Below, in pieces: positions 38,215-52,665 of a stretch of DNA of 64,000 bases. Position 1 is the stretch's first letter. Each line of letters opens with the position of its first letter. The position numbers and the translations under genes were made by a program. Under the pieces are notes generated by a model. That model saw only the letters and a program-made list of their open reading frames with translations. It was not told the DNA's origin and did not search any database. The stretch is from Octopus vulgaris. Its lineage: Eukaryota. The stretch lies in the NCBI GenBank assembly GCA_951406725.2, contig OX597823.1, positions 75,082,001-75,146,000 on the forward strand, given 5' to 3'.

Positions 38215-39765
38215 AGTATACCGTTTCAAACTAACGGAACAGATTTATGAAGACGAAACAGAGGCTGTGATTACAAATAAGAATTACAAGAACTTGTGGG
38301 GCTTCGCCATAAGGGCTAACTCTATAATATAGGCATTCGGTACTAATAATAAGAATCATGCATTATATTCAAGTAGCCTAATATATCTTAATATTATTAA
38401 TACATAAATCCGATCATATATTATATACTTTTCGATGCTCTTAGTTCTCACAACACAAAATGATGACTGTAATTTTATATAATTCATAAATTTTGTAATT
38501 TATATTCCAATAATTTTATTCAGTCAGATTCTGGCCTTAGGTGATATCTTTATATCTGCTTCATCATCCATAGTTATGGCTTTTATAATTCTTTAATCAA
38601 TTCGTTATAATACTATACATTCTTTTAACATTTACTGCCATTTATGACCTGAAATATTTGTTATGATTCTTCTCAATTCTGTTAATATTTTCTTAATAGT
38701 TCCCATAATTTTTAAATATCTAGACTATTTATGGAACCTATTTGCTTTGTTCTCAATTACAATGTATCAATATTGGATAATAGAGACTGTGAGATTCAAG
38801 GGGTTTCAATTTTTTGGCAGGGGTGTCGGAGGAGTGGTAGAATATCGTTTCTGCTTTTCTTTCTTTATCAATTCTGGTCTTGCAGCTCGTTACTTCATTA
38901 TATCAATAAAACAGATTTCTCTAAATTTCCGTATTTATCCAACATAAATTTATATCTCTATTTATTACGTAAAATATTTACACATGTGTTTGTTGTCTAT
39001 GTCAATGCCATTTTCCTGTGAATTCTGTTAATCACTTCCACTAATAGAATTATCTCATTATGTTTCTATTTAATTATTCATTTACCATCGCTGTTGGTAC
39101 TGTGATTATCTCTATCTTTATATATTCATCATTGTTATTTTCCTTCAACTCTTTCTATTCCCACGCTCTCCTCTGGAGTTTCACTGAGACCTTCTCTGTT
39201 CTCTTAATTTTTTACAAGTTATTTTCCCTGCATTATTATAAGCAGTATGTCGCTTAAGTAAACTTCATCTTCTAATCGCTCATCAATAAATAACCGAAGT
39301 GCTCTAATCAACATGAATTATGTAAGTGAAAAAGCAATGCTGTAATATCTTAAGCCTGTCATTACACTACAAGGTATAAAACAGTAAGTGTTTTTTTTCA
39401 GAAATTTTACAGCTACTGTCTTCAAATGTGTTTTAACATATTCAAATACCATGCTTGCCATTTGTCTGTTGTTTAATAAAACATTTCAGTGCTCTTCTAG
39501 GTGGTGTATTTGGTACGCTTGGTAAATCGTGAGTTGGCAAACATGTTGCACTATCGTATGCATGCGTGCATATAGTTTAACTGAGTGTACTGTGTGTGCG
39601 TCATAATAAAGACACTGGCTGAAATAATATTACAATATCCCCCATTTGAAATTTCTTGTTATATACACACATTCACACACACACATATATCTGTGTATTT
39701 ATGTATATCTATGCATACCTATCTATCTATCTATATATCTATCAATCTATCTATCTATCTATCTA

Positions 39766-39806
<41 letters not shown>

Positions 39807-40211
39807 TAGTTAACGTTCATCAAACTATGCTCCACGTCACAGCTAGGTGTACCATAACCGAGTATATCTTCTATTGTACTGTATGTCGTAACACGACGTA
39901 TGGTGACAACCGACCTGACCGAATCATTAGCACGTCGGATATAATTCTTTGGAGCATTCATATGTCTTACAAAGATTAATTCAAATGATGCCGTGGTCAA
40001 CGTTGATATTCCTCCTTTCGTGTTCAACAAAAGAACTATCATTTTAGTATTGGGATGAATGTAAACTACAAACAGTGTCCCGTACACTTCAGGCATTTTG
40101 CTAATTTAGTAGAGAAAATATATAGCATTATAAAACGAATTAAAAACAAACAATATTAAACACACATGCACACACGTATGTGCGCGCGCGTGTATATATA
40201 TATATATACAT

Positions 40212-41510
40212 AGGGATTTCGTTTGCAAGATTCCTTCTTTAAGACCGTGTGTTGAAGCATATTCATTTGTGTCTGGGGAAAGACATTCTCTTTTAGTGCC
40301 TTATAATTTAACACACTCACCGATAAAATTTCCACTCATTTCCTTCTTTATTTTTCTAAAATTTTCCTTTCCCCTTGCAAACTTTTCGGTAATTTTGACT
40401 CTGTCCCTTATTCACACTGCGTTCTTTTTTGCTTGTGCGCATGTGTGTGTGGGTTAGTGTGTGTGCATATATCTTTACATATATAGATATACTCCACATA
40501 CACATACATACATCTATCTTCATCAAAGCCCACTAACCAGTCTACTCTACCTGTATAGATTGTAGGTATGGAGGTATGATATCTACTACGTATATTTCCT
40601 ATTTAGTATTGGGGAACTTTCATTTATGAGGTGATACCCCTGTATTTACCTGGGTGTTGGGTCCTTTGGGTTCTTGGATAATATTCCGATGTCAAGTTGA
40701 CCTAGGTTGCCTCCATATTGGTTCATGGCATGTTAGTAGAGTATGGAGGATATTTTTGTTGTTATATTGTTTCAAATATTCATTTAGTCGTTCCGCAATT
40801 ATCCGAGTTCTATCCCTTATAGGACCAACATAGGGGCAACCAGGGTCAACTTGACATCGGCATCTTATCCAAGAATCCAAAGAACCCGACACTCAGACAA
40901 ATACAGGACTACGTCCTCATAAATGAAACATCCCCAATACTAAATAGGAAATATACGCAGTAGATATCTTACCCCACAAAACGGTCTATACATGTAGAGT
41001 ATATTAGATAGTGGGCTGTTAGAGTAGAATAGTTAGTGCGCTGTCATGTAGACAGATGTATGTACATGTGTGTGTGGGGTGTATGTGTATATGTATATCT
41101 ATATGTACATGTATGTAAGCATATGTATATGAAAGTAAATAGATAAACACAGACGGCACATAGGTTATATGCACAGATGAGCAATCATACACAAATGTAG
41201 ACTGAAACACATGAATATGCAGAATACATACATACAAATATACACACATACATCCATATATACATATGCACACCCCCATTCATGCATGAACATACATGCA
41301 TGCATGCGGGCATACATACATATATGTGTATGCACACACACATACACACACACTGATCTACACACATGCGCACAAATAAACCTAAAGAACGGCAAGAATG
41401 AAAGCTGTTGGAATGGTTGCATAAAAGAAGGAAATGAGTGGAAATTTTACCGGTGAGTGTGTCAATTTATAAGGCACTAAAAGAGAATGAATCTCCCCAG
41501 AGACAACAAT
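40212..41510 (-). mobile_element. PLE 3' end (GIY-YIG C-half plus pLTR) with a long 5' inverted copy
   Basis: 40266-40726 is inverted against 40819-41510. Minus strand 40818-40580 reads IAERLNEYLKQY..SILY*HAMNQ..LDIGILSKNPKDPT..LNRKY; the inverted copy reads LRQIQDYVLINETSPILNRKYTQ*. An unpaired extension (40212-40265) is on one side only. Confidence 0.8.
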
Positions 41511-42066
41511 ATATATATGTATATACATATATATTTTAATAATATGTGTGTGTGTGTGTGTATATATATGTATGTATATATATATATTTATATATATACA
41601 TACATACGTACATATATATATATATATTCAGATATTTATTACTAGATATATCTAACAACCAATCGTTAAATGTTTGTTTTGTTTGTACCAGTGAGTATGC
41701 AGGTATGAGTCTTTGTGCGTACGTGTGTGTGTGAGATTGTGTGTGTTTGTGTACATCTATATATATAGAGAGAGTAATGAAAGTAGTAAGAAAGCTAGGA
41801 ATAGATAACCAAAACGTTATAGGTTGCTACACTAAAATACATAAGTATATATGTGCTGAGTACCTATATGTGATATTGACATATAACACAAAATCACATT
41901 GCGAAGCAACGTAAATTATTTTCCCATTTTAATAATTATTTCTTATATCTCAGTTTTAATTCCATTTAAATTTAGTAAATATTTTACCTTTTCGTCGTGT
42001 TCCTTATAATACATTCCTATAATTCGATATGGTTGTGTGTACATACATATATGCACTTACACATAC

Positions 42067-42116
<50 letters not shown>

Positions 42117-42149
42117 AAGTGCATATATGTATGTACACACACCCATATC

Positions 42150-42208
<59 letters not shown>

Positions 42209-42216
42209 GACGCACG

Positions 42217-42250
<34 letters not shown>

Positions 42251-42628
42251 CAGTGTGACAATTGGAAAAAGAGAAAGAGAGAAAGAGTTACACAGACAGA
42301 TAGATAGGTAAATATATAGATAGATACATCAATAAATACACAGGTGAATTCTCAAACTATTAGACGAGTTAGATAGAGAGGAACGGGAAAGAGCTTTATT
42401 CAGTGAAAATCGGCATGTGAGTTGTTTGCTGTGAACAACATGTCCGTGCATCTGTACAACTCGCTGCAAAATTTTTGTATAGATATAATCAATTGATTTG
42501 CCTCACTATTACAACCAAATCCTATTTAATATGCAACTGTCGAAATAAATGCAGAAAAATCTCTGTCTCTGCCGCTCTCTCTCTCACACACACACATACT
42601 TATACACGCACAAACACACACAAATATA

Positions 42629-42691
42629 CAGGGTATCCCACAATTATCTCTAGATAGTTTATTCATAGAGAGTTAATTTGGGAGCACCCTG
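42629..42691. mobile_element. 63-bp Tc1/mariner-type MITE with TA target duplication
   Basis: TA|CAGGGTATCCCACAATTATCTCT...AGAGAGTTAATTTGGGAGCACCCTG|TA. Confidence 0.65.
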
Positions 42692-45159
42692 TATATATGT
42701 ATACTTTTATATGTGTGTATTGTATAATTCATTGTTTGCACATTTGTATATAAGTCCCACTAATTGTATGTATACTTGTAACGTGACTCACTACGATACC
42801 TAATAATTTTACAATGCCTAAAAATGTCAGAAAGAATACCAAACCTATGAAAGAAAAACAAATGCTTCTGCGAGAAATTTCTGCGGCTTCAACCTTTTAG
42901 TTTGAAATTCATTTTACTAAATATGTTGATTCTTCAATTTTTATATCGTTCAATATACATGAATGGTTATTGTATAAGTGGTAATGGATTTATATGACTC
43001 CTAATATTTAAATTATACTATAATGTAATAATACAATTTCTAATATTTGATGCTGTCTTATGAAGGTTAGAGAGAAAAGTACTTAATATATCATATATCA
43101 TAAAATTTTACATACTTATGATGTATTTATTTCTATGTTACTAATATCATATGTACTACTGCCATTGGTAACTTATGAATTAAAGTCAGTAAAAGAATGT
43201 ACGTTTAAGTATATTTCTTCATATATGACACTCGCATTTATTCTATACATGGCTGCTTCAGAGTTATATCGACTATCTCTTGGTGGATGAAACCTACGCT
43301 GAAGCAAGATATATATTAAAACATCATTCTAGTTTATTTCCATGAAATTTGTATTAAATTCTTAAAGCAGGATGTGATGCATATTGTTGTGACGAGAGTC
43401 ACCACCCCCACTTCCGAGAAATAGACTGGAACGAGCGATTATATATAGTAGAGGTCGGAGTAAAGTTTGTGGATTAGTCATTTCAACACCCAGCATTATC
43501 TGAAAATCATACCCAATGCAGTATGCGGCAGGAAAGTGGCGCGCATATTCAAAGTATACAGTTTGTTTGCTATTCACCAGTTTTCCGCCGCATAGTGCTT
43601 AGGCAAGTCTTTCTCCCAGTTGTGGATTAATATTTTATCAAACCTAAAAATGAAATGTTCACTTCCAATATCCAGCCAGTGTGAAAATTGGGTTCTCATG
43701 ACATTTTGGTTGACATACCGTTAAATGTCACAATGTCAATCAATTAAAGCCCATACTTTCCTTCTAATTATATAAATATTAATTGTTATCGCCATATTAA
43801 TATGTCATTCTTATAGAGACTTAGTAATTTTAATATTTCTATTATATAAATATTATTTGAAACCAGATGCAGAAAAGCTTTATCTTCGAGTTGCTGACAT
43901 TTAGTTCCTTATTTTTCTTAAAACTGCATCTCTTAATCGAGATACACGACACCCCCCCAAATGTGCGAGCACATACACACACACACATATACACACATAC
44001 ACACACACACATACACACACACACACATACACACACACATTAATATATGCATTAATATATTCGCTGGAGATAAAATGTTGATGGAAGATTTGACTCCTAA
44101 CTTCCAGCCTCCCACGTAGATTTTTATATTCTTAGTGTGATGCAAGGATAAATTTAAGGAATTATTGAAATGTGCTGTATGCTTTTGATGAATTTATTAT
44201 TTGATTATTTCTTTCTCGAATTCATTATGCGTTGTTACCTACACTTGTATATTATTATATAAATAAATTGTAATAATAGTTTAGAACATATTACAATATA
44301 TATCTGGAATATATGGCTTCACAAAATAGAAATAAAATGCTAAGTAATATTTAAGCTAAGAACTGCACAAGGTTTCATCGTTTATATTGTTTTCATTTTT
44401 ACAATGTATCTCTTATAGAACATGATATTTGGTAATGATATTTAACAATTATATTAAAAACTCTATTATCACTGTACATAACGAAAATGTTTCAAAAATC
44501 CCAATGGTGAAATTCTACATAAGAAACGGAAATATCTGTTTTCCATAAGAACAAATACAGCCATAGCATTAGAGAAATAGAGAAATGAATTGCAAAAAAA
44601 AAGAAGAATTAAACAATAACATCGAGCGTCACCATCCGGTTACTGAAAATTATACGAAAGCCAGCTGCAAGGAAGGCAAACGTTAATGTTAGATGTAATG
44701 TAAAATTACACAATGATATGTCAATAAAAAGCGGTATTAAATATTATATGAATACTTTTTGGTTTTGGGGGGAATAAGATGACTGAAAATAAAATATATG
44801 TGTAATACAACAAAGAAAAACAAATTCAAAATACATTTCCACTCGAAGGAATCAGGAAAAATGATTTGTGTTGCCACTCTTGACAAAAGTAAGCAGAATA
44901 TCAGCAGGAATGCTCGCTTTCGTACACGCACACACAAATATCATGGAATAATGTGAATTACACAAAACATTATATTCTAAAGTATTATGTTGAAAATATA
45001 TGTTACATATTGCATAAGCGTATAGATCTTCTTGGGATTGCATGTATTTCAAATATGACTCAAATTTAGTTAAAATACTGCATCTTACTCAAAATTAGAT
45101 TTCGAAGTAAACTGCCCATGAAGCCTAATGTACGTACTGATTTAACCTGTAAGCACCTT

Positions 45160-45630
45160 GATTTACACCTCACACTCCTGGCGACTTCCATTCCCTCAAA
45201 CGTTAACGACCATAACCACTCAAATCGTGACACTAATTGCTTCTCGTTTTTTTTCCTGCAAGCATCCGATTCACATTTCCCTTGGCATTAAAATGATAAA
45301 AGCTTCTTCAGGGCAAAAGACGTTTTCTTGTGCCGATCTTCAGCCTAGTACTTTTGATCTACCCAGGTTCTCTCTTTAGCTTGCTTTTCGTTCGATAGAT
45401 AATTTTGTCTTCAGGTCTCGGGAATGTTTACAGGAACAACAATGGGCCAAATCTATATGAAACGGTTCGTCTGCTATTTTTAGTCTCAGATATTTCCACA
45501 GTTCACATTATCACTCTTGAGCGATACATTGACGATTATATGGACACGATTTCCTGTCCTGCAAAATCTCAACTCTTTACTGTCTTTCAATCCTTCCGAC
45601 CAGCTATTGAATCCTCCTGCTCTGTCTTCT
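45160..45630 (+). mobile_element. Penelope-like RT fragment
   Basis: LQVSGMFTGTTMG (Q..G.AMGT.MG) followed by ERYIDDY...FQSFRPAIE (RYIDD...FHPAL). Confidence 0.65.
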
Positions 45631-46299
45631 AGACATTTCTTGATATTTCCGATGCACATACACACACACACAGACACACACATACTACTTCCGGCTTCTC
45701 ACACACACAATAGCCCCTACATGTCCATCCTACACATCCAGTCACCTAAAATTTTCGTCACCTCTGTTCTTCCTAACACCTCTACCAAACCCAACACATT
45801 TATAATACGCATATAACACACATCCACTTCATATAGACGTGTACATGCATGTGCACGACCATATTACGGATATTAGCGTACAAACACGGAATAAGCGTGC
45901 ACTCTTTAGACTCATACACACGCAAATATTTTGATAACCTCGTTTACACAACCCAACTTGAAATATGGCCACACATCTACACCCATGCATGGGCACACAA
46001 TATACACATACAGAGGATCGTTATTTGCACACACACGTCTACACACAATTCCTGATAGCCTTGTACACACGCACATTAAGACAATACAAGATCACACACA
46101 TATATACGCACGATAAACATCCGCACTCCAATCGCACACCATAGCTTCACCGACACCTACGCACCTGGTGATACACAAATACTTTTTAAAAACTCAATTA
46201 GATATACAATCACAACTCCTTAAGTCTCGTACACACACATAGGATCACACAAACGCTTACATATACATAAAGATATACATCATACACTTAATACACTTA

Positions 46300-46420
46300 T
46301 ATATCTACTACGTATGTGGGTAATTTTGCCTGTGGGTCTGTTTGTTTGCTAAGTTGTTAGCTGACTCCTCCTACATCGTTTCATCGATTTTGATGAGATT
46401 TAACACGTGAGTAGAACCTT
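46300..46420 (+). mobile_element. Possible non-autonomous Helitron/HINE 5' fragment
   Basis: ATCTACTA...GTCTGTTTGTTTG...ACTCCTCCTACATCGTTTCATCGATTTTGATGAGATT resembles the GTYT repeat plus CCGATTTTGATGAAATT core. Confidence 0.35.
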
Positions 46421-47354
46421 ATACCATCAGCATGCATTTGAAAAGAGCACAGACGTATTTCGTTTTATGGAAAATGATGCATTAAATTGTCCCCTAAATT
46501 TTGAGAAAATTCCCTCCTTGTTTACTGATAACGACGAAACATATATAGTGTGAGGTATCCATATGTAACTTGAAATGTAACGCTATATATTGACTATCTC
46601 TGTCATTTACTTGTGGGAAATAACGCACCGTATTTTACTTTATCTAAGCCCTTATAATCGATTGGGATGTTTGCTTCTAAAGGCATTATAGAAACCCCAT
46701 CCTGGTAATTGATGCAAAGCCAAAAGAGAATAGGATGTAGTTTGATTCTTGGGACAACCGACTTTCTATGCAGACCAAACGATTCAGGAAGTATATATTT
46801 TCCAATAGTAGAACAATTGGGATATGATTTTGTTTTATATAATAATGAAATAACTGAAATTATCATTATCAAAAAGCCTTACGTCTAGAAACAAGATGAT
46901 TACTATGAACACGTCTTTCATCCCCAGTTTCACAGCAGTTGTCTTACATGAAATACATTTTCCATAAATGTGTCTAAAATCCGATACAGACGAATGTAAC
47001 TACAATTCTAATGCATAGTTTATAACAAATACTAAGGAATTTTAACAATTAATATAACGTTCAGAAGAGATCTGAAAATTATTCAAATATCTTTATTCGT
47101 AACTCTCTGTTAAACATTGTGTAAGGGAAATAAATTCGATGTAAGAGATTGGTTTCAAAATGCCTAATGCCGACTGATTTTACTAGCAACACACCTTTAT
47201 ACAGTACGGTATTTTGATTTCACTTATACCCTACGTTCAGTAAGAAATTACATGCGAAAGATTTAATATGAGCACATATGACAGTCACAGATTAAGGCTG
47301 AATGTCATCTGTTTATACGAAAAAGTTAATTCGAAATAAAAATCGTGTGTATTT

Positions 47355-47480
47355 TATCGGTACTTAATTTATCGACTCGGATAGAACGAAATTCTAGAAA
47401 GTAAAAATACAGGATTTTAATTCAGAGCAGAATGATTCCGAAGAAATTTTCGAAACTAAATATCTGTCGCTCTATCTATT
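47355..47480 (-). mobile_element. Very decayed Meta-type SINE fragment
   Basis: GGTACTTAATTTATCGAC is shared with 29773-29790. Confidence 0.4.
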
Positions 47481-50400
47481 CTTTCAAACATGAAAGGAAA
47501 TTATCGATGGAGTTAAAAATGCAAGGTGATTTATTAATAGGAATCTAAAACCATTATGTATGCGTGATAAAATGTTCGATGTTGCGATATGACATTCATA
47601 ACACTGGAGAGGTTACATCACGTTTCTATACTTGTTCCAACTGCTGGTGAATTATATTTACTATATTTTATTACTATCAATAGGTTTACGTAGCTTTCTA
47701 TCTTTAATGCATGCGTATATTTATAAAAGCATAAGTATTCCACGTTATACAATTAAGGTATGTTTATTGTATATTCTCTGTATACATTACTTTAGTGTGT
47801 CTAAGTAGGCGAAATATAGTATATATGTAGCAATAAATGAATTGCAATTGAAGAATACAAAATGTTATGCTACATAAAAGGAATATATTTAAATCATGAG
47901 CTGTAAAATTGTAATTACGTAAATTAAGAAACTAGAGGAAACAAATAAAGAGAAGACGAAACAAGAAAAATACGCAAGGTAGAATATGATGCAAATATGT
48001 ATGAAAATGAAATGACTTAATGAAAGTAAACAATCCAGTGTACAAAATAATATAAACATAATTAAAGTTTGATAAGTAGATGGTTTATTAATATATTAAT
48101 GATTAATATTATATTTTATAGAGACTTCAAAATATGCATGGAATTTGATGTAATATAAAATAAAAAAATAGAATCTGTATATTCATCAATTTCCCCATGT
48201 TTTATAAAAAGATATAATATTAAAAGACAAAAGTTAACGTGTGATAAGTATTTTGGTTTACTTTAGTTTAAGATGAATTAACAAAGTGATTTACGACTTA
48301 ATTACCTAAGTTCAAAATGCAAACGTTTCATAATGGTTGAGACAATGGAAACTACATAACCAAATATAAAGAAGCACGAAAGGTTATATATTTAGCTATA
48401 TTAAATCACGAAATTGTAATTTTAATACTCTTAAAACGTCGTATGAGCATATGCATCAAAGTATAGCAATAATGTTATGCAAGTTTTAGTATGATTGTTG
48501 TCGAGAGTAATTAAGAAAATGCAGAAAAGTATTAACAGCGCAGATAATCATGCAAAAATAATTAATGGGCATTTTTTTCAACATAGCAGCAACATATTAA
48601 GCTTTCAGATTATAATTTCTGTGAGAACTGGGTGAATTTGTGTTCTTTTTATGTGGCATATTGTATTCATTTTGCTGTTGATGATCACATACCATCTTCA
48701 GTGGAAGAAATCTATATTTAAATGTATTACTTTGTCCTGTGAAATAAATTATTATTTCTATGGTAGATCATGTATATCATATTATATAATCTGGCACATT
48801 GGAATTAGTAGTTAGGCATTACTTCAATTACGTACGTAAATGAATTGGCTGTTCATATTTTTAAATGATAGGAAATAACACAGCCAACTATAAAACGTGT
48901 TTTTTTATATATTTTTATTGCCTAATTTCAAGACGTATTACAACATAATGAAATATATGCCATAGATTGAATGAGTAGTATGATATGAAAGGGTGTATGA
49001 TATGAAAGTAAACTAAACATTAGAAATGTACGCATCTACAACTCCTTCAATGAAATAATACGCACTAATTATTCACTGAGAAATCCCACTGTAAATTCTT
49101 TCCTAAATCAGTAATATCGAGATATATTTGTTTCCTATCTTTCATCGATTTCAAACAATTCCAGCTTAATGGGATTAACAATCATCACAGATGATATTTC
49201 GATATTTCCTAATGGGATAAAAACGGAAAACCGGCCAATGACATTTTCTCATTGATTACTTATTAAAACTTATAATCCAGATTCTCTCGATTTTAACTGA
49301 TATCTATTTCAGGGAATATATTCCCTCCTTATTTTCAATAACTACAAGGAAATCACCAAATATCTGTCAAGTACTTATGTATTTATATTTGTAGATACTT
49401 AAACAAATTTGTCGTGCTTGATGACCAAAGTGACTAAGGAGAATATTTGATGTTATGCATAGAGCAATCCTAATGAAATGTATTACGATCACATATAATG
49501 CAACCGACGTAAAGATATGATCATTAATGCTGTGATGAAAATTTCTTAGCAGATCCACAGTCAGTTTAATGATGTCTATAATCATTACAACGAGGCTGAC
49601 ATGTGTAGTAGATTTTAAGATAAACTCTTAGCATAAACGATACAGACGGGAAGACAGATAAATACGAAATTCCCAAATATACAGGACCGATAAGATTTAA
49701 ATTACACAAGAAAAATTCAATTCCCAAAATTTGTATTACGTTTCCACAAGATACAAGAGAGTCATGAAATGTCTACAGATATTCCGATTGCACAAATACC
49801 GGCGTTACAAAAAGCAAATGAGATCTAGATTTTAAAACCAAATACTGTAAAAGGATAGCGATGTAACTCTCTACCATGTAACATATATCAGGTTTACATA
49901 GATTTTTGTAAATTAGTTATCACTAGTTTGCTCGCTATATTCGCATTAATATAAGAGCCTAGATATTTCTTAAGTAAGAGCCTACATTTTTCTCAATTAA
50001 ATTGCATTCATACTACACATGGTATTAGCATTAATGAACCACCGAATATTTCTCTCCAAATAGTTTAAATGTTGGGTAAAATACTATGGAGAATGGGTGT
50101 AATTTCTAAGGTGAATCCCGTGTTTCTGGTATATATATTACATTAGAATGACAGAAAATACCAAAATCAGGAGAGACCGAGTTACCCATACTGTACTTAT
50201 CGTAGACAATAATTTCACAACGTATGCATCTCACATCGATATAGTTAAAACGATATCAGATTAGATTAACGAAGTTGTCTTGCCTTGAGCCTTTAGTATT
50301 CGTTTCTTGCGTATTTAAGTCGCCTTAGTGCGTTTTGACCAGTGATTTTTTCTGAGCTATATACTTGCCATCTATTTCCTTGAAAAGCAAAGCTAGTTTG

Positions 50401-50624
50401 TTTGAAGATGCTATCCAGATTCTGGTCGAATTCTGGGTTAAGCACACAGAAGATGCAAATAATTTTATATATTCGTATTTTGTGATAAAGATTGCGTATT
50501 TCTGTTCTTCCGCTAGATATAAATAGCCATAACATTAGTATGATAACGTTGGTAACTGCGAGCGCTTGCACATTTAGCAAAACGTACACACAATTTGCGA
50601 AATGATATCCTAAGCGATAGTACC

Positions 50625-50768
50625 TGGAGCACCGCCTTTAGTGGACTAAATCGACGTCAGAACTTATTCTTCGTAAGTCTGTTATTCATTCTATCGATTA
50701 TTTTTGCTGTACCAGTATATTACGGGAACGTAATCACACCAACATCGTTGTTGGGCGCACAAACACGG

Positions 50769-50780
<12 letters not shown>
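50625..50780 (-). mobile_element. CORE-type SINE 3' half
   Basis: TGGAGCACCGCCTTTAGT...AATCGAC...ACTTATTCTT...CACACCAACATCG is the reverse complement of 13950-14085. Confidence 0.65.
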
Positions 50781-50842
<62 letters not shown>

Positions 50843-50917
50843 GTGTATATATGTATATGTGTGTGTGCAGATATATATATATATACATGTATATATATAT
50901 ATGTAGACATATATAAA

Positions 50918-50949
<32 letters not shown>

Positions 50950-50952
<3 letters not shown>

Positions 50953-51140
50953 GAGCCGCCCTGATTGATCGCTAACCCCTAAAGCTTTTTTATTCTCTCT
51001 CTGTTTGCTTCATCGTGTTCCTTTCTGTTGAAGAGTGAAACGTAAGAGAATTTCTCACCTTCCCTAGCGTTAAACTTATATACCTGTGTGTTGTTTATAC
51101 ACCTGTCTTCGTCGTGTGTTTCTCTGTAAATTCCAACTAT
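50950..51140 (+). mobile_element. Short (TA)n-flanked repeat with a hammerhead remnant lacking stem II
   Basis: 51021-51048 reads cttt-CTGTTGA-agagt-GAAA-CG-TA-agag. Confidence 0.45.
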
Positions 51141-51596
51141 ATACATATGCATGTGTTTATGCATACACACATACGTTCATATACATATATAACGTGAAAT
51201 GCTCAAACTTTTGTACTTGTACTAATCTTCATTTTGAAACCATGCTCCGCATTTCAATGAGATACGGTCACCAATTTGTTTGATTAATCACATAGAACCT
51301 CTCACAATTATCAATATTTGTCCTATGTTCTAGCAATACCAGTGATAGACAACGCATACGAGATATGAGCTCCTACGGCATTAGAAACCTAATTACTATC
51401 TCCGACTGATAGAAGGCTGGTGATATACGTGGTGGGATTGTCATTGTGGGCACATTTGAGAAACAATACCATTTAACAATAAAATGGTTTAACATCTGAG
51501 AGGGAAGCACGGAAGCACAAGGAATGCGTCTGAACTGTAACTGTCAATATATGTAGACCGTTGAGAATATAGCCAAATGAGAGATAGATGTAAGTC

Positions 51597-51598
51597 TG

Positions 51599-51657
<59 letters not shown>

Positions 51658-51690
51658 GTCTGTCTGTCAGTCTATCTGTCTGTCTTTCTG
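51597..51690. repeat. (TCTA)n/(TCTG)n tetranucleotide microsatellite
   Basis: Read directly. Confidence 0.95.
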
Positions 51691-52277
51691 TGTTGTGTAT
51701 AAGCTATTATATGTATATGTATATATGTGCATACATATGTACACTCAAATTAAAATAAACTCGTAAAATGGAGAAAAGAAGTTAAATTAAAAACAGTCTA
51801 TATCTTTCTTAAATTTGTTTACAATCTATTGATATCATGAAGCGGAAATGTAGAAGGTTAAATAAAGTATCACAAAGCTATATTTTCTGATGTGTACATA
51901 ATTCACGCGTGACGAAAAACTCTGAAGAAATTTCAGTGAGTGAAAATTGTTATTTAATTATTATTAGTTATTATTATTATTATCTATTATTATTATTATT
52001 TCATGTGTCATTATTATCCATTAGCTTAAAATGCTTATGAATGCACTGAGTAGATGAACTTAATTTTTAAGTACCGTATACATTTGAATAATTTGTTGAA
52101 CACTTATATTATTTAAGTTGCTTGGCTCCAAGAAACTCCAGGCAGTTTCTTCATTATTGCACAAATTACAGACATTTTCATTTTGACTCACGGAACTTCC
52201 TGCGTCATTAAATGACTACATTCAAAGTCTACATTACGAAATATCTTTTCGACTAAGATATTTCAGCTAAGCAAATT

Positions 52278-52428
52278 TTATTTACATTTTTTACATTATT
52301 TACATTTGACGGATATTTGCCCTCATCTTGTCTATTGTTAACACAACTTTTCGTCTGATATACCCTCCAGCCTTCATCAGGTGACTTGGAGAAATTTCGA
52401 ACCTGGGTTCTCATTCCTAAGGTATTTT

Positions 52429-52495
<67 letters not shown>

Positions 52496-52537
52496 CATTA
52501 TTATTATTACTTAGGTCAATGACCTGAATAATTATGA

Positions 52538-52568
<31 letters not shown>

Positions 52569-52596
52569 ACTGGTGAGGATGTTGATGATGATTATG

Positions 52597-52665
<69 letters not shown>

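Noticed and set aside
39806-40096. 96-aa minus ORF and a plus-strand CxxC...YG pattern
   Set aside because: Spacing does not fit GIY-YIG convincingly and no other motifs follow.
40692-40892. ORF with 'C...CPYVG' as a GIY-YIG YIG motif
   Set aside because: That part is the antisense of the inverted arm; only the RIIAERLNE portion is genuine endonuclease sequence.
43575-43660. Possible minus-strand micro-exon (acceptor TTTCATTTTTAG, peptide FDKILIHNWEKDLPKHYAAEN)
   Set aside because: No recognisable homology and no partner exons; cannot be supported without RNA-seq or BLASTX.
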